A stretch of 64,000 nucleotides of DNA from Synechococcus sp. (GTDB lineage: Bacteria; Cyanobacteriota; Cyanobacteriia; Thermostichales; PCC-7336), in assembly GCA_051439425.1 (NCBI GenBank), contig JBFRWD010000138.1, forward strand, positions 1-64,000, given 5' to 3'. The position numbers were made by a program, and so were the translations under genes. Positions 21,063 to 32,881 of this stretch are shown here, in pieces. The stretch's first letter is position 1. The number at the start of each line of letters is the position of its first letter. The notes beneath the pieces were generated by a model. The model had not been told where the DNA came from. It did no database searches and was given only the letters and a program-made list of their open reading frames with translations.

Positions 21063-22144
21063 GAGCGATCTCTCTGTCCGTAATTAACAGTCCGTGATGA
21101 CTTGGGGTGACGCAGTCTCAGCCTTCTGAAAAGTCAGCAAGCTGAGGTGTCAGCGGGCGTAGGGCAGATGCTCCGGTGAGGAGCAACGAACCATTCAAAA
21201 TCCCTATTCCGCCTGGGCCGAGCCCAAAAAGGAGATATCTCGTTAGAGGCAACAGCCCATTGAAATAATCTCGCAGTTGAACCAGTAGTGCGGTTGGGCG
21301 CAGTGCTGCCCATCCAAATGGACAAACAGCTACAGTGTACGGTGAATTGCCACCTATACATTTACGTTTCTTATTGGCGCTTATTGAGCGTGCTTGATGG
21401 GACCGTATGATGGACCTTGTCAACAGCAGGCAGAGACACGCAAAGAAAGGCTCTGCTAGTGCAATTTTGCAAGTGCTGTAATGTCAGCGACGAATCCGTC
21501 AAAGGCTTCAAACACCTTTTGTATTCTCACATTGACGCCGGGCTTGAATCAAGGCTTGAGCAGTATTTTTACCTATTCATCATCCTTTAACGATGAGTAA
21601 TGGGATCTTCTCGAGAGACAGATGCCCATTGGGAGACTGGCCACCTTATATTTACTTATGGATTGCCCACAAAGAAATCCTATTAAGCCAATACGGCTAA
21701 TCAAGAATTACAAATCATCTAGTCTGATGGGAGGCAAGCCTGTCACAACTCGACTGACGCAGACACAATTACCACCTGTCACGAGATCCTCCAGCCCCAC
21801 AAGCCTACGGAGAAAAATCTTCCAGAAATACTTGAGAAACATCCGATCAATCCTCGCCAGAATCAGAGTTGAGCCTCACAGAATATAGACACAATTTCAA
21901 AAGCCAATCAAGATTAATATAAGAACTTCTATTCGATCTACCTAAAAGATTCTAACAAAAAGCTGCTTATTTTTATGGATAGGCTTCATATAGTCAGACA
22001 TCGAAATAGTACAGGGCATATAGCGAGTGAAGTCGGTTCACGAAAACATTATGGAATTTATGTGTTTACACTTGCGTGAATTCAAGGATTTACAGGCTCA
22101 AAGACAACATCTAGTCTATTTTAAGTCTGATTTTATTGATATAT

Positions 22145-22735
22145 ATGGCCTTAATATCTGCCATAACTAAAGAGTTAAACTGCCAAGCAGACTATTTGAA
22201 ATCTAGACCTTACTGGCAAGGATTTGGATTCACATTGCTGGAAACAATCGTCACTCTAGCAATCATAGGGATCGCGACAAGTATTGGTGTAGCAGGTTGG
22301 AACCATGCCAGGAATCGGTTTTCTATCGATGCATTTGCAAGCGAGATGCGCAGCCAAATTCAATCGGCCAGATTTGAAGCTATCAAACGCAATCGCAATG
22401 TAGCCATCTTTTTTGATGAAAACAGCGAGTCATTAAGAACAGTTGTCAAAGATGCCAGCAACGATGGGTGCGATATAGATACTGGAGACCTCGAACTGAC
22501 ATCAAGTACAGTAGCAATTCCAGAGACGGCCGAATTGAATCAGTCAATGTTCGTCGCAGGCAGTTTCATGACACAAGGTGGCATTGTCTGGCGACCAACA
22601 GGCTTAACAGGACGCTGTTCAAATTTTAATGCACAAGGATTCAACACACTCAAGGTTCGAGTTGAATACCCCTTAAACGACACCGAAAATTTTGACATCG
22701 CTATTTCTTCTGCTGGCCGGGTCGATCTTCGTTAA
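22145..22735 (+). CDS. FimT/GspH-like minor pilin
   Basis: Prepilin site G|FTLLE, hydrophobic helix, ARFEAIKRN, C-terminal ISSAGRV. Confidence 0.85.
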   Translation: MALISAITKELNCQADYLKSRPYWQGFGFTLLETIVTLAIIGIATSIGVAGWNHARNRFSIDAFASEMRSQIQSARFEAIKRNRNVAIFFDENSESLRTVVKDASNDGCDIDTGDLELTSSTVAIPETAELNQSMFVAGSFMTQGGIVWRPTGLTGRCSNFNAQGFNTLKVRVEYPLNDTENFDIAISSAGRVDLR

Positions 22736-22855
22736 ATCTACCCAAGCCAAATATCGACAAAAAACCTCTTTCAGGAGCTTGTTTCAGAAGAACGAGGAAA
22801 TATAAATACACCAATAAAGTAACTTAACTACATGCCATTCTTTAGAGGTAAATGT

Positions 22856-23263
22856 ATGGAGCAGTCATCATTATTATCTACAAGTCGATCGGGTTTTAGC
22901 TTGGTTGAGGTGCTAGCCGCATCTTTGATTTTTGTCTTAGGTGCAACAGCATCGCTCAATATACTCTCTAACTCACTGCAATCGACTCGTAGCTCGATCG
23001 AAATCGAAGAAAGCGTGACACTTGCGACCGCAGCGATCGAACAACAGCGATCGCGCCTATTGCCAACAGGTGGAATCGAAACGATTGGCGATTATACGCA
23101 AACCACCACCGTTACCGGCTGTAGGTTCACAGGCACAACCATGTCCTGTGCAGTCACGTGCGATGAGACTGTACCGGTTTGCGAAATTGTAGTGACGATC
23201 GTCAATACGGTAACCAACGAGACCGAAACCTTAACAACCATGAAAATGACAGAACGATTATGA
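22856..23263 (+). CDS. PilV-like minor pilin
   Basis: RSG|FSLVEVLAA; short globular domain with 4 Cys; stop overlaps the next ATG (ATGA). Confidence 0.8.
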   Translation: MEQSSLLSTSRSGFSLVEVLAASLIFVLGATASLNILSNSLQSTRSSIEIEESVTLATAAIEQQRSRLLPTGGIETIGDYTQTTTVTGCRFTGTTMSCAVTCDETVPVCEIVVTIVNTVTNETETLTTMKMTERL

Positions 23264-24675
23264 ATGTACGCAGTCGGGGTACCACGTTTATCGAAATCCT
23301 GATTGCCATGCTAGTAGGAGCAGGGCTGTTGGTATTTGTTAGCCAAATATTGCCCCGAACCCTAAGGGCAAATCGAGTGAACGAACAGGCCACTGACGTC
23401 AATCAAAATGCCGCAGTTGTCGCCGCATTGCTGATGTTGGATGTCAAGGATGCGGGGTTTCGAGGGGGCACAGAAGCATCGTTTGATATCTGCGATACCT
23501 GCAGCCCAACCAGCGATCAGGTAGGAAATCTGCTCGACATTGTCAAATGGCCATTTACTCTCGATGCCTCAGGGGCTCTGAGTGCAGGGTTATTAGGAAT
23601 TCCCAATATTTCAGGAATAACGGACGATCCCCTGCCCATTCTGACTCACGTTCCCGGAACCGGCAGCAATCCAGATGCCCTCGGATTTGTTCGAGTCTTG
23701 GAGATTGACGATGCCACTTCGGATGTTGCCGATATCTACGACGCTGAGTTCGTCCTCTACACTGTCGACACGACCGATGAAGAACTGGTCCGTCTCAGGC
23801 AGGATTTGACTTGCGACGGCACGTTTGTGACCACAGGCGCTGGCTCGGAATGTCGTCTGGATGGTGGCAACAGTGGGCAGCAGCCAGCAGTAGAAGGAAT
23901 TGAGGACATCCAGTTTTTTTTCAAGCTGCGCAACGAAGTCGGAGGCCAGCCTGTCTATACGTCCACGCTACCGAGTAACGTCAGCAGTGTAGCCAGCGTT
24001 GGAGTGTACACCCGCGCGCGATCGAATATTTCCGATCCGAATTTCACAGATACTGCCAGCTATCCTGCCTCCGATCTCCTACCCACTGGCAATCTAGTCG
24101 GTGGTATGGCTCTTTCAAATTGGAGTCAATTAGGCATCACAACCACTGGGCCGTTTAACGATACGTTCCGCAGAATCGAAAAGGTACAAGAAATTGCTCT
24201 ACGCACAACCCCTGCCTGCAATCTATTACCTATTGGTTGGCCCGCAGCAGCGATTCCATCTACGGCGGGGAGTCCTACCAGCGTGACCTTTACCACTTCT
24301 ACTCCCGGGCCAGGAAATTTTGGTTGGCTCAGTTGGGAGGGATCAAACAGCGTTCCCACATTAGTGCGGTCCATTAACTATCCCAATCTCGTCAGCTCCA
24401 CCTATCGCGACCCCACCGATACCAGCGATACCACTTTAGATGCTGGTGGTTTTGTCGAGGGGATGCCCGGGAACAAACAACCTGGAGCTTCTGCCCTCAG
24501 TCAGTACATCGGCATTCCTATTGTGGTCCCCCTCTATGGCGCAACTTCAGGCACGGGTAGCAATCTTAACTACGAAATCAGCGGCTTTGCCAGCATCGTT
24601 CTCGATGGCACCTCAACGATTACAAGCCTCTCCGGAACGTATCTAGGAGAGGCATCCGTAACCTGTACCCTCTAG
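23260..24675 (+). CDS. PilW-like minor pilin with an extra C-terminal domain
   Basis: RG|TTFIEILIAM, LDVKDAGF, QPAVEGIEDIQFFF, VASVGVYTRAR; extension of about 155 aa containing GNFGWLSW. Confidence 0.8.
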   Translation: MNVRSRGTTFIEILIAMLVGAGLLVFVSQILPRTLRANRVNEQATDVNQNAAVVAALLMLDVKDAGFRGGTEASFDICDTCSPTSDQVGNLLDIVKWPFTLDASGALSAGLLGIPNISGITDDPLPILTHVPGTGSNPDALGFVRVLEIDDATSDVADIYDAEFVLYTVDTTDEELVRLRQDLTCDGTFVTTGAGSECRLDGGNSGQQPAVEGIEDIQFFFKLRNEVGGQPVYTSTLPSNVSSVASVGVYTRARSNISDPNFTDTASYPASDLLPTGNLVGGMALSNWSQLGITTTGPFNDTFRRIEKVQEIALRTTPACNLLPIGWPAAAIPSTAGSPTSVTFTTSTPGPGNFGWLSWEGSNSVPTLVRSINYPNLVSSTYRDPTDTSDTTLDAGGFVEGMPGNKQPGASALSQYIGIPIVVPLYGATSGTGSNLNYEISGFASIVLDGTSTITSLSGTYLGEASVTCTL

Positions 24676-24753
24676 GTTCCATTCAGAGGAAACGTTCAAT
24701 TCACCCCGAAAACAACCCAGCTGCCCGCAGATAACTCGAGGTTCAATCAGTTC

Positions 24754-26154
24754 ATGGACCTCTCATATTTTCGTCCTTTCAAAACGCTTGTTATGCCCCT
24801 CCATCGTGTTTCAAGAACCAACCCCCTCAACCCCAAGCTGACGATCTCGCTATCATCTCGCGGTTATATTCTCGTCACCACCATGCTGATGGCAATTTTG
24901 GTGATGGTTATCGGCATTGGCGCTAGTGCTCTGAGCATGACCAACGTCAGTATTTCTAGAAATGTACGCGCGAATGCGGACACCCGCTATCTAGCAGAAG
25001 CCTCTACAGACGCTGTTGTGGGCTTCATCCGGGAAGAAGCATCGGCCAATTCCTATGACAGAGCAAGCATTGTCAGTGTTCTCATCCCGAAAGCAGAGAG
25101 CATCAATATGTCTACTATGGTTCCGAGGTGCCCGTCGGTAGATGGCTCACCTTGTGTAGATGTGGACATTGAATTACTGCATGCATCGCGCCCCGATCTA
25201 ATCAAGATTCGATCGGAAATTTTCGATGCCAATCGCGATGCCGAATACAGCGTGACGGCGATCGTACAGCTAAGGGAGGATCCCGCTCCCTATGGCGTCG
25301 ATACGACGATTTTAAGTGACGGATATGTCGAACTCAACGGCCCTGTCGATCTAAGAGGAATAATCTCTGACAGTAGCGATGATGCGTTTGTTCACGGTAA
25401 CGACGGCTATAAATTGAGCGATGACAATGAACTTCCTACCGATCCCGATACCAGTAATCTAGCGGTTACTGCGGGCACCAGTAACAGCATTTGTGATGGA
25501 GCTAGTCTGATTGGCAGCTGTCAGACTAGCTCCGATATCTCGATTGACTTGCTGACGTTTGACGAAGTGCTGAATGAAGTTACAGGGACAACATCGTTTC
25601 CCCCATCCCACGATAAAACCGCCAACAACCTCAACCAGCTAGAAAGTCGTTGCAGGAATGGGGATATTGTCCGGTACTACGGAAGTACGATTAATAATGC
25701 AACTCTTGAAGAGTGCACCGTCATCGCTCTCAACGATCTGAAGATCGAGGGAAACACCAATGTTCTACCCGACACCATTATTATGGCGGGTGGCAAAATT
25801 GAAGTGGATGGCTCCGTCAATTTCACAGGTAATAACGTTCTTGCGGCAAGAGCCAATGCTTCTTCAACAGACATTGGTATCAATATCAATAGCCCTAATG
25901 TCAATGCTGATGATTTATTGATTATCTCGGCAGGGATTACCGAGTTAAATGCTGATTTCACTTCAACGTTTATCGCTGGAATCTATAGCGAGGGAGAAGT
26001 CAAGGTCAACGGCAATAACGGCATCTCGGGGTTTATACGGTCAAACGGCAATATTATCTTGAATGGTACGGTTGGTGCATCTTCAACCATCATTAACTCG
26101 CTACTGCCAACCACATCTGCTTATTCATACGATGCGGTCATCAGTCGAAACTAG
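24754..26154 (+). CDS. PilX-like minor pilin with a beta-rich C-terminal domain
   Basis: SRG|YILVTTML (no Glu5, typical of PilX/GspK), RYLAEAS; G/N/I-rich repeats suggesting a beta-helix. Confidence 0.75.
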   Translation: MDLSYFRPFKTLVMPLHRVSRTNPLNPKLTISLSSRGYILVTTMLMAILVMVIGIGASALSMTNVSISRNVRANADTRYLAEASTDAVVGFIREEASANSYDRASIVSVLIPKAESINMSTMVPRCPSVDGSPCVDVDIELLHASRPDLIKIRSEIFDANRDAEYSVTAIVQLREDPAPYGVDTTILSDGYVELNGPVDLRGIISDSSDDAFVHGNDGYKLSDDNELPTDPDTSNLAVTAGTSNSICDGASLIGSCQTSSDISIDLLTFDEVLNEVTGTTSFPPSHDKTANNLNQLESRCRNGDIVRYYGSTINNATLEECTVIALNDLKIEGNTNVLPDTIIMAGGKIEVDGSVNFTGNNVLAARANASSTDIGININSPNVNADDLLIISAGITELNADFTSTFIAGIYSEGEVKVNGNNGISGFIRSNGNIILNGTVGASSTIINSLLPTTSAYSYDAVISRN

Positions 26155-26468
26155 CTGGTTGAATTCATTATATCTTGCTCGTTGCAAGCAGAATTTTGAG
26201 CAGGTTTTCATTGCCCGCTTTGTCTGTATATAGAAATTCGAGTTAAAGCTAAGACTGAATCAGGTGAGGTCGTGCTGATATATCTATCTTCGATTGGCAA
26301 TTTCAGTCCGAACTCAATTTAATGGCATCTATTGACCTCACTAATGATGCGAAGCTATCTCACCTCAGCATTCATGACTCAACCTTGCCATGAGGTAAAA
26401 CTTCCCAACTGGAAAGCCAAGTTGGTTCAGAAAGGTCAAGCAGATCGAATCATGCTTTGGTATCCAAC

Positions 26469-26990
26469 TTATTTGAATGCTTTGGCTTGCGATTCTAACG
26501 ACTGAGCCGCAGTGACCGAGAAGAAATATCCACTCACTTCCGGGCCAAAATGAATCACATCACCGCTCGCAAGATAGTGAGTGCCGACTCGCTGACCATT
26601 CACCAATACACCATTCGTGCTATTCCCGCCCTTGCGATTGCCGTCCACCAGACAGTATGTAAACATGCCAGGATGGTCGGGTACAGGCACTCGAATTAAA
26701 TAGGCGTGGCGTCTTGAAACAAAGCGGTTTGGAATGGCGATCGCATTGGTACTGCTGCGACCAATGCTGTACATTCCTGCATCGAGCATGTAACCACGCG
26801 GCTTGTGACCGTCATGAATCCCCAGGACAAACGTAGTTGATTCGAATAGATCGATCCCAGAAATCGACGTGTCTTCATCAAAGGATAGTGAAGCATGACC
26901 CGCTTGATGGCCAGCAGGGGCATGACTAATGACAGTTGGCCCGGGTCCCCGATCGAATATCTGTTCTAGCTGGTCGATACTATGTGACAT
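26469..26990 (-). CDS. FHA domain protein
   Basis: SIGR, VSRRHA, STNGVLVNG, GDVIHFG. Confidence 0.9.
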   Translation of the reverse strand: MSHSIDQLEQIFDRGPGPTVISHAPAGHQAGHASLSFDEDTSISGIDLFESTTFVLGIHDGHKPRGYMLDAGMYSIGRSSTNAIAIPNRFVSRRHAYLIRVPVPDHPGMFTYCLVDGNRKGGNSTNGVLVNGQRVGTHYLASGDVIHFGPEVSGYFFSVTAAQSLESQAKAFK

Positions 26991-27414
26991 CGATGCATTC
27001 CTAACTGGCTAACCGTATACTCCAGGCGTTACTCGCGAGCTGGAAAACATTCGACTGGCAGCGTAACTTAACTTATCAGAGGAATACGCCATCTCATACG
27101 GCTCTCGCCTGAATGTACCCAGAGAAGGCAATCTGACGATCTGATGCTAGCTTCACGACCTCTAAAGCGGTCAAAAGCTTAGCGAATTCATAGAATTTAG
27201 ATTCACTTGTCGCTAGTGCTTGACAGCAAACCGGCTCCCATAGCCCACTGTTATTGCCCATGCCACCAGACTGGCCTCCTGTTGTGGCAACAGATCGGCG
27301 AGCAAGGTGAGGTGGGTATTGAGCTAGTCACTGAACTCAAACCGGAAATACCCAGATAATTCCCACGTGACTTCGCACCTGGGCATCGAGCAGTTAAGAC
27401 GTCAAGCACTAAGG

Positions 27415-28416
<1,002 letters not shown>

Positions 28417-28615
28417 TCAGGATGTCATGCAATTCATCCGTTACGCAGCATGCAATAAAGCTTAAGCACTCTGAAAAATTGACCGCGATAGATTGCTCGT
28501 CCGAATGCACCGAACGTTCGGTACAAAACTATTGCCCGTAAAAAAACACTTTCCGGCAGCTGCGAGCAATCGTAATTCCACATCTATGGTGGCAAAAGCC
28601 GATTCCCCACAAGCA

Positions 28616-29791
28616 CTATTGAACGGAGATCGCTCCTAAATTAGTGCCCTCGTAGTAGAAATCTAAAATCTGGTCGTAGCTCCACCCCTGGACCGCCAAG
28701 CCGCTAGCTCCCCACTGGCTCATTCCGATGCCGTGGCCGAAACCCTGGCCAGTAAGGGTGAATACAGTCGGGGGAATGTCACCATCCGAACGGCTGCTGG
28801 TAATTGCCGGCCCCACCGGTTCGATGGCAAACAACGTGCTGGGAATACCCAGTTCGAGCAAGAAGTCGTTGGCTCGCATGTCCTGGATAGACTCCGTGCC
28901 GTGGAGACGCAATGTCACTGCTCTACCGTGAGGAGTACTTTCTAAGACTTCTAAATCCAGAACGTCTCCCACTTCTCCAAAGGCGGCTTCCAGGCTATCG
29001 GGGTCGAGCTGTTGTTGCCAGGGCATGGCAGGAGAGACGTGGCTGTCATTGGTCGCCCGCAAGTACGGCCGCACATCCAGCCAGACATCTTCAGAGTCGG
29101 CGGTGTGACCGCCGGATGATGAGTGGAAGACAGCATCAATCAGTCGACTGTTATGGACAACGACTTGGCCGCTGGTGAGTTGAGTGGCCTGGTAAGCATT
29201 TTCCGTGGCAGACTCTACCCCTTTGTAGACTTGCCAGGCAATCGTGTCTCCGAGGTCGAAAGGGAAATGCAGGCGGCGATTGCGGTGATAGAGAGCGTAA
29301 GTACGGGCAGCTACCGCTTGGGCCTTGAGAGCTTCGAGCGGAAAGCGATCGCCCATTTCTGCCCCCACAACGCTGGCAACGTAGTCGTCCAAATCCACAT
29401 AATTAATGGCGGTGAGGCCGGAGCCATCCGGCCGCAACTCGACGCTGCCGCGATACCAGCGATCGGCGATGTAGATGAGGCCACCTGGAGTACTAGCTCT
29501 GATGAATAGGCGATCGCCTGCGGTGCCCGAGAGGCTAATGGTACCGTTCGAAATCGACGCTCCACGCGATTCCATCGGGTCGATGGTGCCTAGTAAATCA
29601 CCGGAAGAGTCAAGGATTTGTCCTTCGACAGAAGTCCCCAGCGTCACTTGCCGTGTCTCTTGGATAATCGCGATGCGCATCAGCAGATCGTCCGCAGCCC
29701 TGGCTGGCAGCAATAGTAGCAGCCACAAAATAAGTCCTAAGCCAGTGGCGTTACTGAGCCACCTTAGGCCCCACATGACAATGGGTTCCAT
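28616..29791 (-). CDS. SpoIID/LytB-domain protein
   Basis: YVASVVGAEM, EALKAQAVAARTYA, FHSSSGGHT, GFGHGIGMSQWGA. Confidence 0.93.
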   Translation of the reverse strand: MEPIVMWGLRWLSNATGLGLILWLLLLLPARAADDLLMRIAIIQETRQVTLGTSVEGQILDSSGDLLGTIDPMESRGASISNGTISLSGTAGDRLFIRASTPGGLIYIADRWYRGSVELRPDGSGLTAINYVDLDDYVASVVGAEMGDRFPLEALKAQAVAARTYALYHRNRRLHFPFDLGDTIAWQVYKGVESATENAYQATQLTSGQVVVHNSRLIDAVFHSSSGGHTADSEDVWLDVRPYLRATNDSHVSPAMPWQQQLDPDSLEAAFGEVGDVLDLEVLESTPHGRAVTLRLHGTESIQDMRANDFLLELGIPSTLFAIEPVGPAITSSRSDGDIPPTVFTLTGQGFGHGIGMSQWGASGLAVQGWSYDQILDFYYEGTNLGAISVQ

Positions 29792-30045
29792 CCACTTTCC
29801 TCTGTGCAGTTGTGATGTCTGACAGTTCAGCTCGAACGAGGTTTGCCTCAGTTATGGATGCCTAGGCTGAACTCTCCCAAGCGGTTGGGTGACCGCTGAA
29901 TTGATGCGGGCCACAAGCGACCCTATCAAAAATTGCCCGAATCATCATGATTTCGATCTGGCAATTAAATAGACATGAAGAATTATCCTGGCCGGGCTTG
30001 AATTGCGGCTTCATATGAAATTTTGAATGGCGATCGCAATCGAAC

Positions 30046-31728
30046 CTAGCGCTCGGAGGCAGCTTCAATCGCATCGATCGCGGCTGGATAGTAGTTTTGC
30101 CATGCAGCGATCGCCTCTGGGTCAGACTCTGTTCCCAATTGCAGCAGGGTGATGCCCTTATCGAAGCGAACCAGACCGTATTCCTCGCTTTCCAGTAACT
30201 CGTTAATGAATGGGATTCCTCGTTCCAGAATCTCGCGGTCTTTGCTGAAGGCCACTTGGAAGCGATCGGCTCGCCATAGATCGGCCACGGCGTAATCAAC
30301 CGAAACTGTTTCGAGGTTATCGTTCGTGACTTTCACACCTTGGGGAAAGCGGACGAGAGCGCGCCGACCGGAGAGATGGGGAATGAGGTTAGTGGTGGCA
30401 GAAACGGTGGCGTCGGGGGGGATGTCAGCAAGGATGGAATAGACATCACGACTGTGGCTAACGTTTTCCGGCCAAGAGAGGTAAACGCGAGGGGAGTAGG
30501 AGTCGGGAAGGAGGAACGACAGGCTTCGGTTGGGATTATAGGCGATGCAGACTAGGGCCGAGACCACAATGCAGAACGTCCACCAGCGACGGAATTTGGG
30601 TTTGAGCGATCGCCGCTCTAGCTTTTCCTCCGGTTGCCAGAACCGCTTGAAGCCGCGCCCCGACCACCACAGGATTGCACCGTAAAACATCCCCGGTACG
30701 ACAGTCATGGCGTAGCGAATGTTGAGGGAGAAGACGGCACCTTTGGCTGCCAGGATTTGCAGGAGCGGTGGCCCCGCGACCAGCCAGGAAGCTGGAGCAA
30801 TGACGGGGATAAAGGCAAGGGGGAGAGCTTGGCCCAGGAAATATAACAGAGAGGTTTCAAGCGGGGAGAAGATCTCGGCAACAAAATTCCAGGGTTGGCG
30901 CAGAACGCCGTACATGACATCGAAGATGGTGGCTTCATCGATGCGATCGCCCAAAAATGTCAGGTACTGGCCGAAGCGCTCTTGTAAAAATCGCTTGGAG
31001 ACATCGTCTGAAAACATCGGCATGATTTGGCTGGTGACCAGCACGACGTAAACAAAGCTGCCCAAGCAAACAGCCAGACCAATGCGGGGAAAGCGACGGC
31101 TGGCCAGCATGTAGACACCGACACCGAAAAGCGACACTCCACTGTCTTCACGGACAGCGAGGGTGCAGCAACACAACAGGGCAAATAACCACCACCAACG
31201 TTTTTCCATGGCTAGCAGCAAGCCAAACATGTAGAGGGGCAACTGACAGATGTCGTGGAAGTTAGCCAGAGTTGGCCCCAGGACGGTGTTGGCGCAGTAG
31301 TAGCTGATGACGATCGCCACTGAAACTGCCGGTTCTAAATAATGGCGGGCCAGGGCGAATAGGACTAGACCGGCAGCAGTGACTAGGGTGACTTGCAGGA
31401 CGGTGAGGGTGGCGGGATTGGGGAAGAGGGCGTAGACGGGCCACCAAATGAGTAGGGCAGGGGTAAAGTGTTGGCCGAGGCGACGGTAGAAGACTTCGGG
31501 GGCTTCTCCACTGTGGGCAACGTTGGTGGAGAGTTGAGAGGAGAGGGAACTTTGGAAGAAGCGACCGTGCCAGTTATTCCAGAACACCTGGTTGAAGATG
31601 CCTTGGTCGTAGTCGGAATAAAGGGTGAGGTGGCGATTGAGGGTGAGGATGAGGGTGAGGGTAAAGAATGTGGCGGCAGCGGCGATCGCCCATTTCCAGC
31701 CGTTCTTGTGTGCGAGCGTCCCTTTCAT
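30046..31728 (-). CDS. DUF2079-family membrane protein (GT-C-like glycosyltransferase)
   Basis: YDQGIFNQVFWN, LGQHFTP, NFHD, VREDSG, IRYAM; many TM helices. Confidence 0.85.
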   Translation of the reverse strand: MKGTLAHKNGWKWAIAAAATFFTLTLILTLNRHLTLYSDYDQGIFNQVFWNNWHGRFFQSSLSSQLSTNVAHSGEAPEVFYRRLGQHFTPALLIWWPVYALFPNPATLTVLQVTLVTAAGLVLFALARHYLEPAVSVAIVISYYCANTVLGPTLANFHDICQLPLYMFGLLLAMEKRWWWLFALLCCCTLAVREDSGVSLFGVGVYMLASRRFPRIGLAVCLGSFVYVVLVTSQIMPMFSDDVSKRFLQERFGQYLTFLGDRIDEATIFDVMYGVLRQPWNFVAEIFSPLETSLLYFLGQALPLAFIPVIAPASWLVAGPPLLQILAAKGAVFSLNIRYAMTVVPGMFYGAILWWSGRGFKRFWQPEEKLERRSLKPKFRRWWTFCIVVSALVCIAYNPNRSLSFLLPDSYSPRVYLSWPENVSHSRDVYSILADIPPDATVSATTNLIPHLSGRRALVRFPQGVKVTNDNLETVSVDYAVADLWRADRFQVAFSKDREILERGIPFINELLESEEYGLVRFDKGITLLQLGTESDPEAIAAWQNYYPAAIDAIEAASER

Positions 31729-31859
31729 CCAATGCGTTTGGTAATTTACCAAACCAATTATCGGTTGTTATTGGCCGCAAAGGAGGAAGTCGCCTATTTC
31801 GCAATTAGTGACCGACTGCTTTCAACATAAGTCCGATAAACTACTCGATACGCTGTGCG

Positions 31860-32342
31860 TTACGGACGGTTTAGACTTTTTGCCGCTGTGATTTCTTCTG
31901 ACAGATCGTTACTGGAACGCTGGGCGTTAGATTCTGCACCCAGCTCAAGAGTTGCGAGTTCTTCGGGTGATAACTCTTCGCGGCTGGTGAACATAATGTA
32001 GGTTTGGTCACTCAGCCACAAGGTATCGCCAGATTTAAGCATGCGGTTTTTAATGGGTTGGTCATCCAGCAATACCCCATTCGTGCTGGGTTGTGCGTCG
32101 GTCTTGCCATCAAGGATTTGGAAGCGGGATTTATCTCCGAATTTGACTCGATTTAAGCGGGCGTGGATTCGAGATACACAGGGATCTGCTAGGCGAATCG
32201 AGCAAGAACTACTGCGACCAATGGTGTAGCTATCTTCATCTAAAACCATGCCATGGCGGCCTCGACGGTCGTGAACGATCAGAATCGGGGCCAACCCCGT
32301 GTTAGTAGGCGGGGAAGCTGTCTTGCTGAGCAAGGTGTTCAT
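31860..32342 (-). CDS. FHA domain protein
   Basis: TIGR, VSRIHA, STNG, LKSGD. Confidence 0.9.
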   Translation of the reverse strand: MNTLLSKTASPPTNTGLAPILIVHDRRGRHGMVLDEDSYTIGRSSSCSIRLADPCVSRIHARLNRVKFGDKSRFQILDGKTDAQPSTNGVLLDDQPIKNRMLKSGDTLWLSDQTYIMFTSREELSPEELATLELGAESNAQRSSNDLSEEITAAKSLNRP

Positions 32343-32844
32343 TGGAGGAAGGTCCTATTGACCGTGGGTAGCAAAGGAACGTGCAAAGGGCGGAGTTCTG
32401 CTTCAAAAAAGCTACGTGTACATAGGTAACCCAAAAATGCCTGCAAAATTACGCAAAATACTGACAAACCAAAAATTATTTTGGGCGGAACATAAAATTA
32501 AGGTAGTGGAATTGACAGAAACGTCCAGTAAGTCTTGCTGTTCTGGGGGAGGAGATCCGTGAATTCTCTTGGGCTAGAGCCTTTCCAAATGTCCGATCGC
32601 AGGGTGTTTTGCCATAACCAGCGACAGCGCTAGTGTTTCTGCGACTCTGTGGGATCTAGTGGAAGTTATCCGGTACATGCTCGGACTGACTAAGTTCACG
32701 AGCGAGGTGAATTGACGGATCGCTTCTGTATTGTTTGAGTGTTTTCAGTCACGGGCGATCGCGCTCTGCTTAACGCTTACTCTCAGCGCAGCCAAATCCC
32801 TCGGTTTCACCGAACTTCCCAAAGACTGACCTCTTGCTCGTCCA

Positions 32845-32881
32845 AAAGTCCCTCACATATCAGGATGGGGGATTTAGGGGG
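32845..32881 (-). repeat. Cyanobacterial small dispersed repeat (CCCCCTAAATCCCCC...GGGACTTT type)
   Basis: Minus strand reads CCCCCTAAATCCCCCAtcctgatatgtGAGGGACTTT; overlaps the ATPase stop codon. Confidence 0.5.

Noticed and set aside
21118..21888. Short ORFs between tkt and the pilin cluster
   Set aside because: No motifs, overlapping frames and intergenic-like composition
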